A stretch of DNA of 64,000 nucleotides from positions 1,504,001 through 1,568,000 of the forward strand of contig CAWANH010000029.1 in NCBI GenBank assembly GCA_963783375.1, written 5' to 3'. Positions within the stretch are counted from its first letter, which is position 1, and each line of letters opens with the position of its first letter. The position numbers and the translations under genes are program-made. The stretch comes from Candidatus Eiseniibacteriota bacterium. GTDB taxonomy: Bacteria; Eisenbacteria; RBG-16-71-46; JABDJR01. The notes beneath the pieces are model-generated. The model made no database searches. It was not told where the DNA came from and worked only from the letters and a program-made list of their open reading frames with translations. This document shows positions 30,926 through 41,200 of this stretch, in pieces.

Positions 30926-32113
30926 ATGGCGCGCTTCACGGTGGTGGCGATGCCGGGGGACGGAATCGGCAAGACCGTCCTCCCGGAGGCGGTGCGGGTC
31001 CTGGACGCGGTGGGCTTCGACGCGGAGTACGTGCACGGGGACATCGGGTGGGACTTCTGGGTCAACGAGGGGAACGCGCTTCCCGAGCGGACGGTGGAAC
31101 TGTTGGCCGAGCACAAGCTGGGGCTCTTCGGCGCCATCACCTCCAAGCCCAAGGCGGAGGCGGCCCGCGAGCTCAGCCCCGGCCTCCGCGACAAGGGGTT
31201 CAGCTACTTCAGCCCCATCGTGAGCCTCCGCCAGCGGTTCAACCTGGACAAGTGCGTTCGCCCCTGCCGCTCCTTTCCCGGGAATCCCCTGAACTTCATC
31301 CGCCGGACCCGCGACGGCAGGTTCGAGGAGCCCCTGGTGGACGCGGTCATCTTCCGGCAGAACACCGAGGGGATGTACGCGGGGGTGGAGTGGACCGACC
31401 CTCCCCCGCCGGTGCGCGAGGCCCTGGCCACCCACCCCAAGTTCAAGGCCTTCGCCGGGGTTCCCGGGCCGGACCTGGCCGTCTCCACCCGCATCGTCAC
31501 CCGGACCGGCACCACCCGGATCGTCCGCTCCGCGTTCGAGTACGCGAAGAAGCACGGCTACCGATCGGTGACGGTGTGCGAGAAGCCGAACGTGCTCCGG
31601 GAGACGTCGGGCATGTTCGAGGAAGTCGCCAAGGCGGTGCAGAAGGACTTCCCCGAGGTCCAGCTCCGGTCCACCAACATCGACGCCCAGATGATGTGGC
31701 TCACCAAGAACCCCGAGGACTACGGGGTGCTGGTGGCGGAGAACCTCTTCGGGGACATCGCCTCCGACGCCTTCGCCGGGTTGGTGGGCGGCCTCGGGTT
31801 CGCCTGTTCCGGCAACATCGGGGACGAGGTGGCGGTGTTCGAGCCCACCCACGGGTCCGCCCCCAAGTACCAGGAGCTGGACCCGCCCATCGTGAACCCC
31901 ATCGCCATGATCCTCTCCGCGGCGATGATGCTGGACCACGTGGGCGAGACGGCGGCCGCGGAGCGGGTGCGGAACGCGGTGGCCGCGGTGGTGAAGGAAG
32001 GGAAGGTCCGGACCTACGACATGATGCGGCTTCCCGGCGGGGCCAAGGCGATCGGGATGGGGGCGGCCGCCACCTCCCGGATGACCGATGCGATCGTGGC
32101 CAACCTGAAGTAG
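30926..32113 (+). CDS. Isocitrate/isopropylmalate dehydrogenase family protein (possibly homoisocitrate dehydrogenase)
   Basis: PGDGIG, RQNTEGMY, KPNV, NLFGDIASD and FEPTHGSAP. Confidence 0.9.
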   Translation: MARFTVVAMPGDGIGKTVLPEAVRVLDAVGFDAEYVHGDIGWDFWVNEGNALPERTVELLAEHKLGLFGAITSKPKAEAARELSPGLRDKGFSYFSPIVSLRQRFNLDKCVRPCRSFPGNPLNFIRRTRDGRFEEPLVDAVIFRQNTEGMYAGVEWTDPPPPVREALATHPKFKAFAGVPGPDLAVSTRIVTRTGTTRIVRSAFEYAKKHGYRSVTVCEKPNVLRETSGMFEEVAKAVQKDFPEVQLRSTNIDAQMMWLTKNPEDYGVLVAENLFGDIASDAFAGLVGGLGFACSGNIGDEVAVFEPTHGSAPKYQELDPPIVNPIAMILSAAMMLDHVGETAAAERVRNAVAAVVKEGKVRTYDMMRLPGGAKAIGMGAAATSRMTDAIVANLK

Positions 32114-32236
32114 GCGGAGGCGGCCCGGGCGCGGATGCGCCGGGGTGCGATCGGACCGGGGTCGCGGGACGGCCGGGCGGCGTGGATGCGAGCCGGGGTG
32201 GTCCTGGCGCGGGCCGCGGGACGAAGGAGGACGGAG

Positions 32237-33445
32237 ATGGCGACGGAAACCGGGGGACGCGGGGAAGCGGGCCGGAGGGGCGCCGACGTTCGCTCCGACC
32301 TTTTCGCGGCGGTGGAGCCTCGAAAGGGCGGCGGCATCGACCTGGACCTCCGCTCCAAGGTGGAGCTCTATTACGGCGAAGCCACCCGGGATCTGGTGCT
32401 CGCCACCCTGAAGGAACTCGGCGTGGCCAACGCCCGGGTGGAGATCGAGGATCAGGGCGCCCTCCCCTTCGCGATCATGGCCCGGGTGGAGGCGGCGGCC
32501 AAGCGGGCCGGCCTCGGAGGGACGCACAAGGCGCGCCCGGAGCGGCAGGGCGCTCCGGTGGTGGCGATGCGTGACCGGCTCCGCCGCTCCCGCCTCTACC
32601 TTCCCGGCTCCGAACCCAAGTACTTCGTCAGCGCCGGGCTCCACCGTCCCGATGCGGTGATCCTCGACCTGGAGGACTCGGTCCACCCCGACGAGAAGGA
32701 CGCCGCCCGGATCCTGGTGCGAAATGCCCTTCGGGCGGTGGACTTCGGCGGGTGCGAGCGGATGGTGCGCATCAACCAGCTCCCCCTGGGGCTCAAGGAC
32801 CTGGAGGAGATCGTCCCCGAAACCCCCGACCTGATCCTGATCCCCAAGGTGGAGACCGCCGACCAGGTCCGCGAGGCGGACGAGAAGATCCGGGGCATCC
32901 TCGAGCACGGCGGCCAGGCGCATTCGATCTGGCTCATGCCGATCCTGGAATCGGCGCTGGGGGTGGAGAACGGGTTCGCCATCGCCGGCGCGTCGCCGCG
33001 GATCGTGGCCATGACGGTGGGACTCGAGGATCTGACCGCGGACCTGGGGGTGGTGAAAACCCCCGAGGGCGCCGAGACCCTCTACGCCCGGAGCCGGCTG
33101 GTGAACCTGGCCAGGGCGGCGCGGGTCCAGGCCATCGACTCGGTCTACGGCGACGTGGAAGATCTGGAGGGGCTCCTGGCCTACGGCCGGCGCTCGCGGG
33201 CCATGGGGTTCGAGGGGATGGGGTGCGTCCACCCGAGGCAGATCGAGGTGGTGCACGAGGCCTTCGCCCCCTCCGCGGCGGAGATCGAACGGGCGGTGCG
33301 GATCGTGGCCGCCTTCGACGAGGCCTCCGCCCGGGGGCTCGGGGTGGTGAGCCTGGGCTCCAAGATGATCGACCCGCCGGTGGTGAGCCGGGCGCAGAAG
33401 CTCGTGAAGCAGGCGCGGGACATGGGGCTCCTGCCGAAGGACTAG
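32237..33445 (+). CDS. citE: Citrate lyase acyl-carrier (CitD-like) and beta subunit (CitE) fusion
   Basis: N-terminal ~90 aa CitD-like (VRSD...SKV..YG...D.GAL...ARV.AA). CitE motifs RRSRLYLPG, LDLEDSV, VRIN, IPKVE and HPRQI. Confidence 0.85.
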   Translation: MATETGGRGEAGRRGADVRSDLFAAVEPRKGGGIDLDLRSKVELYYGEATRDLVLATLKELGVANARVEIEDQGALPFAIMARVEAAAKRAGLGGTHKARPERQGAPVVAMRDRLRRSRLYLPGSEPKYFVSAGLHRPDAVILDLEDSVHPDEKDAARILVRNALRAVDFGGCERMVRINQLPLGLKDLEEIVPETPDLILIPKVETADQVREADEKIRGILEHGGQAHSIWLMPILESALGVENGFAIAGASPRIVAMTVGLEDLTADLGVVKTPEGAETLYARSRLVNLARAARVQAIDSVYGDVEDLEGLLAYGRRSRAMGFEGMGCVHPRQIEVVHEAFAPSAAEIERAVRIVAAFDEASARGLGVVSLGSKMIDPPVVSRAQKLVKQARDMGLLPKD

Positions 33446-33563
33446 CGGGGGCCCGGACGCCTCGACCGGGCAGGGCACGGTTTCCACCCGGGGAACCGCG
33501 TGGTCACGGCGCCGTACGATTTGACCGGGCGGGGGCGCGGCTCCCGCTCAAGGAGTAGCCGAC

Positions 33564-35114
33564 GTGGATCTGGTGAAGAACGACGCGGGGCGGACGGTCC
33601 CCACCGAGGTGAACGGAAAGCCGCAGACCCCCTACCGGGGGGTGAACGCCCACCGGCCGGAGGGCGCGAAGCACGGCCCCCCCATCCGCTCCGCCGCGGA
33701 CTACCCGGCGAGCGGGAGCAAGCTGGCGCCGGACCTCGAAACCGCATTGAAGGAGTGCGGCCTCCGGGATGGAATGACGATCTCCAACCACCATCATCTT
33801 CGTAACGGAGACCGGGTGGCCCTGGCCGCCCTCCAGGCCGCGGGACGGCTGGGGGCGAAGGACCTGATGTGGTTCCCCAGCGCGTCCTTCCCCTGCCAAT
33901 CCCCGGTGGTGGACCTGATGGAATCGGGGGTGGTGCACCACATCGAGGGGAGCATGAACGGCCCCCTGGGCGAGTACTGCTCCCGGGGGAAGATGCGCGG
34001 GATGGGGGTGCTCCGCTCCCACGGCGGACGGTGGCAGGCGATCCAGGACGGCGAGGTCGGGATCGACATCGCGGTCATCGCCGCCCCCACCGCCGACGCC
34101 TTCGGAAACGCCGACGGCTCCCACGGACCCTCGGCCTGCGGGTCCCTGGGCTTCGCCCTCGCCGACTCCCTCTACGCCGACAAGGTCATCGTGGTGACCG
34201 ACAACCTGGTGGACTTCCCCTGCATCCCCTGGCAGATCCAGGGGAACAACGTGGACTACGTGGTGAAGGTGGACTCCATCGGCGATCCGGCCCAGATCGT
34301 CTCCGGCACCACCCAGATCACCAAGAGCCCGGACCGGCTCCTGATCGCCCGGAACATCGCGAGGTTCCTGGCCGCGGCGGGGATCATGAAGGACGGGTTC
34401 TCCTTCCAGGCCGGGGCGGGGGGGATCGCGCTGGCCTTCGTCGCCTATCTCCGCGACATGATGCGCGCGGCCGGGGTCCGCGCGCGCTTCATCCGGGGCG
34501 GCTCCACCCGGGTGCTGGTGGAGATGCTCCAGGAGGGGCTCACCGACTACATCCTCGACGGCCAGACCTTCGATCTCGACGCGGTGCGTTCCATCGGAAG
34601 CGATCCCCGCCACGTGGCCACCTCCCCCTTCACATCCTACAACTTCCACGGGAAGGGCAACTTCGCCTCGATGGTCGACGCGGTGGTGCTGGGGGCCACC
34701 GAGGTGGACGTGAACTTCAACGCCAACGTGAACACCCACTCCGACGGCCTGCTGCTGCACGGGATCGGCGGGTGGCAGAACTGCCTGTTCTCGGGCTGCA
34801 CGATCCTCGCCGTCCCCGCCTTCCGGGACCGCATCCCGGTGATCGTCGACCGGGTGACCACCCTGACCGGCCCCGGCGAGCTCATCGACGTGGTGGCCAC
34901 CGAGCGGGGCATCGCCATCAACCCGCGCCGGAAGGATCTCCTGGACGCGGTGCGCGGGTCGGACCTCCCCCTCCGCCCCATCGAGGAGCTCCAGCGCGAG
35001 GTGGAGGGGATCTGCGGCGGGAAACCCGCGTTCCCGAAGCTGGGCGACGAGCCGGTGGCGGTGATCAAGTGGGTGGATGGGACGGTGATCGACTCGGTGT
35101 GGAAGGTGGTGTAG
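33564..35114 (+). CDS. citF: Citrate lyase alpha subunit (CoA-transferase)
   Basis: GLRDGMTISNHHHLRNGD, RSHGGR, CGSLG, FSFQAGAGG and LGATEVD. Confidence 0.92.
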   Translation: MDLVKNDAGRTVPTEVNGKPQTPYRGVNAHRPEGAKHGPPIRSAADYPASGSKLAPDLETALKECGLRDGMTISNHHHLRNGDRVALAALQAAGRLGAKDLMWFPSASFPCQSPVVDLMESGVVHHIEGSMNGPLGEYCSRGKMRGMGVLRSHGGRWQAIQDGEVGIDIAVIAAPTADAFGNADGSHGPSACGSLGFALADSLYADKVIVVTDNLVDFPCIPWQIQGNNVDYVVKVDSIGDPAQIVSGTTQITKSPDRLLIARNIARFLAAAGIMKDGFSFQAGAGGIALAFVAYLRDMMRAAGVRARFIRGGSTRVLVEMLQEGLTDYILDGQTFDLDAVRSIGSDPRHVATSPFTSYNFHGKGNFASMVDAVVLGATEVDVNFNANVNTHSDGLLLHGIGGWQNCLFSGCTILAVPAFRDRIPVIVDRVTTLTGPGELIDVVATERGIAINPRRKDLLDAVRGSDLPLRPIEELQREVEGICGGKPAFPKLGDEPVAVIKWVDGTVIDSVWKVV

Positions 35115-35144
35115 GAGGCCACCCCGCCGGAGCGGACCCTCACA

Positions 35145-36071
35145 TCACGGTCGAACCCGCTCCACCCCGATCACGTTCGGGACCGGCCACGCGACGTGGT
35201 TGTCTTCGTTCTCGTTGAAGCCGGTCTCGTAGCTCCCCACGTACTCCTCCTCCACGTCGCCGGCGTGGACGTAGAGCTGGGCTTCCGGCCCTCCCTCCAC
35301 GTACATCGCCCGCGTGAGCCCGAGCGGGAGAGCCATGAGCCCGTCGATGAGATCGTGGACCGGGTACGGGGAACGCACGTGGATGAGGAGCACGCGCCCG
35401 GTGGAATCCTGGCCCACGCAGGCGGTGCTCCAGCGTCGATCCTGGCGGGACCAGGCGTTTCCGCCCCGGCAGGTGACCATGCGGATGTCCTGGATGAACG
35501 TGCCGTAGAGATCCCGCCAGTCCGCGTAGTCCTCGCACTGGAGATCGAGGAGCTTCACCGGCGGCACGTCCCGGAGACCCGAAGGATCGAACGCCAGCAC
35601 GGCGTTGTCGTCGCTCAAGGCGCCGTTGTTGACGTACTCCCCCGTCCGCATGTGGGCCACGCTGGTGCGCCCGTCCCCCTGGAACATGCTGGCGTTGATC
35701 GCCGCCGCCAGCCCGTACTCACTGCACCAATCCCGGGCGGTGTGGGCGCTGCCGTCGCCGAGATTCCCCGCGCACAGGAGTCTCAGGTGCCACAGCTTCG
35801 GGTCGATCCGGAGGACGCGTAGCCGGGAGTCGCCGACGTCGGAGGTCTCCGGCAAATCGAACTCCCCCAGTTCCAGCCCCGGCTCCAGCGTCCGCCACCC
35901 CGAGGTCTCGGCGGGCGGTGCGGGAGCCGCGACCGGGGCGGGCGCTTCCACGGTGGGCGCTCGGGCAGCAGCCTGGTGGGCGGAAGCCGGACCCGGACCC
36001 ACCAAGAGGACGGACATCACCGGAATCGAGAGCAACGACACTGGCTTCACGACGTACCTCCCGGATTGCAT
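35145..36071 (-). CDS. Phosphodiester glycosidase (NAGPA-like) family exported protein
   Basis: AAINAS, AMYVEGG and PVPNVIG motifs, with an N-terminal signal-like segment. Start codon uncertain. Confidence 0.7.
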   Translation of the reverse strand: MQSGRYVVKPVSLLSIPVMSVLLVGPGPASAHQAAARAPTVEAPAPVAAPAPPAETSGWRTLEPGLELGEFDLPETSDVGDSRLRVLRIDPKLWHLRLLCAGNLGDGSAHTARDWCSEYGLAAAINASMFQGDGRTSVAHMRTGEYVNNGALSDDNAVLAFDPSGLRDVPPVKLLDLQCEDYADWRDLYGTFIQDIRMVTCRGGNAWSRQDRRWSTACVGQDSTGRVLLIHVRSPYPVHDLIDGLMALPLGLTRAMYVEGGPEAQLYVHAGDVEEEYVGSYETGFNENEDNHVAWPVPNVIGVERVRP

Positions 36072-36333
36072 CTACGGAAACCCGGCTCCCGGTTCAACCG
36101 AACCCGTGCGCCGGTATCTCGACATATGGTGGCCATCATAGCGCCGGATCGGCAAATGGCGACGTTCACCCGCTGACCGAAGAATCCCCGAATTCGCTTC
36201 GGAGAGGCGCGTCACCCCCCCCCCCGGCGGCGCGCCCCGGCTGTCCAGGGGACCCGGTCTATGGATATGATCCCCGTGGCCGGCCGACCGGAGAACCGCG
36301 CCGTACCGCCGGGGCGGGAGGAAAGGAATCACC

Positions 36334-36771
36334 ATGCACCGAGAACGTGTTCAGACCGGCGCTCCCTGGGAGAGCCGGGTCGGCTATTGCCGGGCGATCC
36401 GCGCCGGAGAAGCGATCTACGTCTCCGGCACCGCGCCGGTGGACCCCGGGGGCGGAGTCCACGCACCCGGGGACGGGTACGCCCAGGCCCGGCGCTGCCT
36501 GGAGATCATCGAGCAGGCGCTCGCCGGTCTTGGGGCCGGTCCCGCCGACGTGGTCCGCACCCGGATGTTCACCACCGACATCGCGCGGTGGGAAGAGTAC
36601 GGCCGGGCTCATGCCGAGGCGTTCGGCGATCATCCCCCCGCCACCTCGATGGTGGAGGTGCGGGCGCTCATCCATCCCGACATGCTGATCGAGATCGAGG
36701 CGGATGCCGTCCGCGGCAATGCGGACTCCGTCCGCGGCAATGCGGACTCCGTCCGCGGCAATTCCGATTGA
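36334..36771 (+). CDS. RidA (YjgF/YER057c/UK114) family protein
   Basis: GYCRAIR, VSGT, DVVRTR, PATSMVEV and LIEIEA. Confidence 0.9.
   Translation: MHRERVQTGAPWESRVGYCRAIRAGEAIYVSGTAPVDPGGGVHAPGDGYAQARRCLEIIEQALAGLGAGPADVVRTRMFTTDIARWEEYGRAHAEAFGDHPPATSMVEVRALIHPDMLIEIEADAVRGNADSVRGNADSVRGNSD
36700..36762 (+). repeat. 21-bp tandem repeat, three copies, in the RidA 3' end
   Basis: GCGGATGCCGTCCGCGGCAAT followed by two copies of GCGGACTCCGTCCGCGGCAAT, encoding AD(A/S)VRGN three times. Confidence 0.9.
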
Positions 36772-36784
36772 GGAGGAAACCATC

Positions 36785-37306
36785 ATGGCCGAGTTCGCAT
36801 CGCTCCTGGAAGAAACGCTCGAGGCCTGGCGGGACGTACGCGAAGGACTGATCGAGGAGGTGGAGAACATTCCCGCCCAGAAGTTCGACTTCCGGCCCGC
36901 CGAGGGGGTGCGAAGCGTGAAGGAACTGGTCCAGCACATCCTGGAGGTGGCGATGATGATGACCGGGGAGCTCTCGCGCCCCGACACCAACCTCCGTCGC
37001 GCTCCCTTCCCGAAGCTCGTCCGGACCTACGCCCGGCCGGCCTACGACGCCCAGACCAAGCGCCAGCTCGTCTCGCTCCTCAAGCACCAGATGAAGGACG
37101 CGGAAAAGCAGTTCCGGGCGGCGGGCGAGCTCTCGCTGCTCCAGTTCCTCACCCGCTTCGACGGCCGGAAGGGCACCAAGATGGCCTGGCTCCAGCACGG
37201 GATCGCCCAGGAGATGTACCACCGCGGGCAGATCACCCTCTACGCGCGGCTCCTGGGACTCACCCCGGCCCTGACCAGGCACATCCAGGGCTCCGCCGGC
37301 TCGTAG
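36785..37306 (+). CDS. DinB family protein
   Basis: FRP....RSV.ELVQHI and HGIAQEMYHRGQ. GAGGAGG RBS. Confidence 0.85.
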   Translation: MAEFASLLEETLEAWRDVREGLIEEVENIPAQKFDFRPAEGVRSVKELVQHILEVAMMMTGELSRPDTNLRRAPFPKLVRTYARPAYDAQTKRQLVSLLKHQMKDAEKQFRAAGELSLLQFLTRFDGRKGTKMAWLQHGIAQEMYHRGQITLYARLLGLTPALTRHIQGSAGS

Positions 37307-37316
37307 GCGACGCCGG

Positions 37317-38042
37317 CTACTGGTTCCCGAGGAGCCCGCCCAATAGTCCGCTTCCCCGTCCGCCCCCCGACGAGTTGTTCCGGGGAAGCCGGGGGATGAG
37401 CCAGTTCAGGAAGGATTGGGTGCTCCGGGTCTGGAGATAGAGCGTGCCGCTCCCCCGGAACTCGCACACCAGTCCCTCCCCGGAGAGGATCGTTGACTTC
37501 CAGCCGCCCACCCGCTTCACGTTGAAGTCGAGGCCACCGGTGAAGCCCACCACGTGTCCGGTGTCCACCACGTAGGGGGTACCGGAGAGCTGGACCATGT
37601 GGATGGCCCCGTAGCTGGAGAAGATCACCGGGCCGCTCCCGGTGGCCTTGAGAAGGAACAGCCCCTCGCTTCCGAAGAACGTCTTGGCCCCGCCCCAGCT
37701 CGCGTCCACGTTGATCTGCGGCGGCGCGGCCAGGTACGAGCCGGACTGGAGGAAGAACGGCTCCCCGGCCAGTTCCAGGGTCGAGATGTCCCCGGGAAGG
37801 GCCGGGGCGAGGCTGATCTCCCCCGGCCCCCCGCGGGAGACGAAGGTGTTGAAGAACAGCGACTCCCCTCCAAGCACCGTCCGCTTGAGCGCCCCCATGA
37901 TCCCGCCCTTCATCCCGGTCTGGATCTCCAGGTTCGCCGACATGCTCACCATCGCACCCCCTTCGGCCTGGACCGCTTCTTCGGGGTCGAGAGAGACCAG
38001 GGCCAGGGAGTAGGACGGCTGGTAGCGGATGTCGATCTTCAT
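37317..38042 (-). CDS. TIGR00266 / AIM24 family protein
   Basis: AEGGAMVSMS, GGESLFFN, GEGLF-like, YGAIH and VDTGHVV. Confidence 0.88.
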   Translation of the reverse strand: MKIDIRYQPSYSLALVSLDPEEAVQAEGGAMVSMSANLEIQTGMKGGIMGALKRTVLGGESLFFNTFVSRGGPGEISLAPALPGDISTLELAGEPFFLQSGSYLAAPPQINVDASWGGAKTFFGSEGLFLLKATGSGPVIFSSYGAIHMVQLSGTPYVVDTGHVVGFTGGLDFNVKRVGGWKSTILSGEGLVCEFRGSGTLYLQTRSTQSFLNWLIPRLPRNNSSGGGRGSGLLGGLLGNQ

Positions 38043-38270
38043 GCAAGGTCCTCCTTCGTCCGGACCGGCGCGCCCGCCCGCCCAAGACCTCGTAGCCGGG
38101 CAATCGCCGGCTCCACCACGCCGGGGCGCCTCGCCGCGGCGATCATTCTACTCCGCCCCACGCCGCCCACCGCCCCCCGGTTGCCCCCGAAAGGGCGGGG
38201 CCGCCGCGAACAGCGCGCGACGGCCCCCGGGGCTCCTCCGGCCGAAGCCGGTGCGGATGCTGCCGACGGG

Positions 38271-41200
38271 CTACTTCTTGAGCCCGTCCAGTTCCGGCGC
38301 GAAGGCCGCGCGCGTGCGCTGGCGGACCGGCCCGAACTGGGGTTCGATGGGCGGGCGCTCCTGGTGGAGCTTCATGACCTCCTGGATGGCCCGGTCGAGC
38401 TGGGGATCCTTCCCCTCCGCCACGTCCTCGGGCATGTTCTGGACCTCGATGTCCGGGTCCACTCCGTGGTTCTCGATGGTCCAGCCCGCGCCGGGCTCCC
38501 ACCAGGCGAACTCGGGCTGGGTCACCAGCCCGCCGTCCACGGTCTGCTTGTCGCCGCGGATCCCCACCACGCCGCCCCAGGACCGCATCCCGATCACCGG
38601 GGCCAGCTTCTCGAGCTGGATGGCCGCGGGGAAGATGTCCCCGTCCGATCCGGCGAACTCGTTGGTCAGGACCACGAAGGGGCCGTTCAGCACGCGGTCG
38701 GGATAGGTGGAGACCTGGCCCCAGCGCGCCCGATCGAAGCTCAGGACGTGCCGCCGGAACCGCTCCACGATCATCTGGGAGACCGCGCCGCCGCCGTTCC
38801 AGCGGTTATCGACCACCATCCCCTCCTTGTCGAGCTGGGGATAGAACCAGGTGTTGAACTCGATCAGCCCATCCTTCCACATGTCGGGAATGTGGATGTA
38901 TCCGATCTTCCCGCCGGTCTTCTGGGCCACGTACTCCCGGTTCCGCCGCACCCAGTCCGAGTAGCGAAGGTCGTGCTCGCTCCCCAGGGTCTTGACCACC
39001 ACGTCCCGGGAGCCGTCCATGACCGGCCGCGAGTTCACGGTCAGCAGCACGCTCTTTCCGGCCAGGTCCGCAAAGGCCGCATAGAAGGGCTCCCCGGAAG
39101 TGAACGGCCGGTGGTTGACCGCGACGATGTAGTCCCCTTCCTTCACGTCCACTCCGGGCATGCGGAGCGGAGACTCCACCTCGTCGGCGGGCGCGCCGTA
39201 GTAGATGCGGGTCACCTTGTAGGCGTTCCCTTCCCGCGCGACGTCGGCGCCCAGGAGCCCGGTGGAGACGCGCGTGACGTGGACCCCGGGATCACCGCCG
39301 AAGATGTAGGTGTGCGAGTTGTTGAGCTCGCCGATCACCTCCCCGACCAGATCCTGGAGGTCGCTCCGGCTGGCCAGGCGCGGCAGCAGCGTGGCGTACC
39401 GGTCCCGGATGGCCTTCCAGTTGAGGCCCCCCATCTTGGGATCCCAGAAGAAGTCCCGCTCGTTCCGCCAGGCCTCGTAGTAGATCTGCTCCCACTCCTC
39501 GTGGGGATCCAGATCGATGACCGCGTCGGCGAGGGAGACCTTGGCGTCGGAGAGATCGCCGGGCGGGCTCCCCGCGTCCACCACGTAGATCTCCCCCTTC
39601 CCCTTCATCACCGCGACCTTCCCCGACCTGGCGGCCAGGGAGTAGCCGGAGATTCCTTCCATGAACGGCGTCGGCTTCTTCTTTTCCAGGTCGAAGCTCA
39701 TCAGGGTGGCGTCGGGGCCTTCTTCCTGGAAGAGGCCCGCCTGTTCGGCGAACCCCTTCAGGGGAACCGACACGTAGAAGACCGCCTTCGAGGTGGCGGC
39801 GAGCCCGCCGTAGTTCCCCCGGGGGACGGGAAGCTCCAGGACCCGCGTGGCCAGTCCGTCGAAGTCGATGGCCACCGGCTTCACTTCGTCCTTCTTCTCC
39901 TCGTCCTTGTCGTCCTTGTCCTTCTTGTCGCCGGCCCCTTTCTCGGCCTCGTCGGCGGGGGGAAGGCCCTCCAGGTCGGCGAATGGGTTCTTGACGTCCT
40001 TCCGGAGGAGCACCATGTAGGGACGGGTGTCCTTGGCCTCGACGTTGTCCCAGTCCTGCAGTCCCAGGATCGGGTTGATGGCCCGGTCGCTCATGAAGTA
40101 GAGATAGCGGCCGTCGGGATCCCAGGCCGGGGACCCGTCGTTGGTGTCGGGACCGGTCACCTCGTGAATCGAGCCGTCGGTTACGTCGTAGATGTAGATG
40201 GAGCCGTACTGGTTCCGGAGCGGCTTGCGATAGGCCAGCCAGCGGCCGTCCGGGCTCCAGGCGTAGGAGCGGATCTCCCCGTCCGCGGCCTGGTCCGCCT
40301 TCCTGGGGGCGCCTCCATTCGCGGAGACCACGTAGAGGGTGTAGGTCTGATCGGCGTAGGCGATCCACTTGCCGTCCGGGGACCAGACCGGCGGGAAGTT
40401 CCATCCGGTCTCCCCGGAGGGCTTCACCGTCTTGGCGTCGCCGCGTCCCCAGGAGTCGATGGTGCGGATCGATTCCTCGTGGGTGGCGTCGGTCACGTAG
40501 ACCAGCTTCTTCCCGTCCGGGCTGAACGACGCGTAGCTCTCCCGCGCCCCGCTCCCCCGGGTCACCGGCAGGGTCACCCCGTCCTTGACCGGGACCGAGA
40601 ACACCTCGCCGCGCGCGGTGACCGCCAGGCGGTCTCCGTCGGGGGCCAGGTCGAAGAAAGTGAGGTACTGCCCGGCGTCGGGGTAGCGAACCCGGGTGAG
40701 CACGCGGTCGCTGGGGAGGTCCACCGCTACCTTCCGCACCGAATCGTCCTTGGGGTCGTAGACCTGGATGTCGGCGGCCAAGGTGAAGGCGATCCGCCCG
40801 TCCGGGCCCATCGAGGGCCAGCGGGCGTCCCATTTCCCGAAGTCGGTGTGGCGCTTCAGACCGCTCCCGTCCGGCTGGATGGACCAGATGTTGACCGTGC
40901 CCCCCTGGTCGCTCAGGTAGTAGATGCTCCCGGCGTGCCACATGGGAAACGCGTCGTTGCCTTCGAAGACGGTGATCTTCCGGTAGTCGGACTTCCCGGG
41001 GGCGCCCACCCAGATGTCCGAGGCGGTGCCCCCGCGGTACCGTTTCCAGGTAGCGAACTCGCGCTGCTTCCGGTTGAAGGCGTACATGCCGGTCCCGGGA
41101 TCGATGGAGAGCCGGGCGGCCCACCCCAGCGGAACCAGCACCGGGTCCCCGCCGGCCGCGGGGACGGTGTAGATCTCGGTGTTCCCGTGGGGGTCCGAGC

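Noticed and set aside
30155-31223. 787-aa ORF extension of the aconitase
   Set aside because: It is Arg/Gly/Pro-rich read-through after the frameshift and overlaps the true small-subunit domain and the dehydrogenase.
36700-36762. Repeat as a CRISPR array
   Set aside because: The copies are directly tandem with no spacers, lie inside a CDS, and there are no cas genes.
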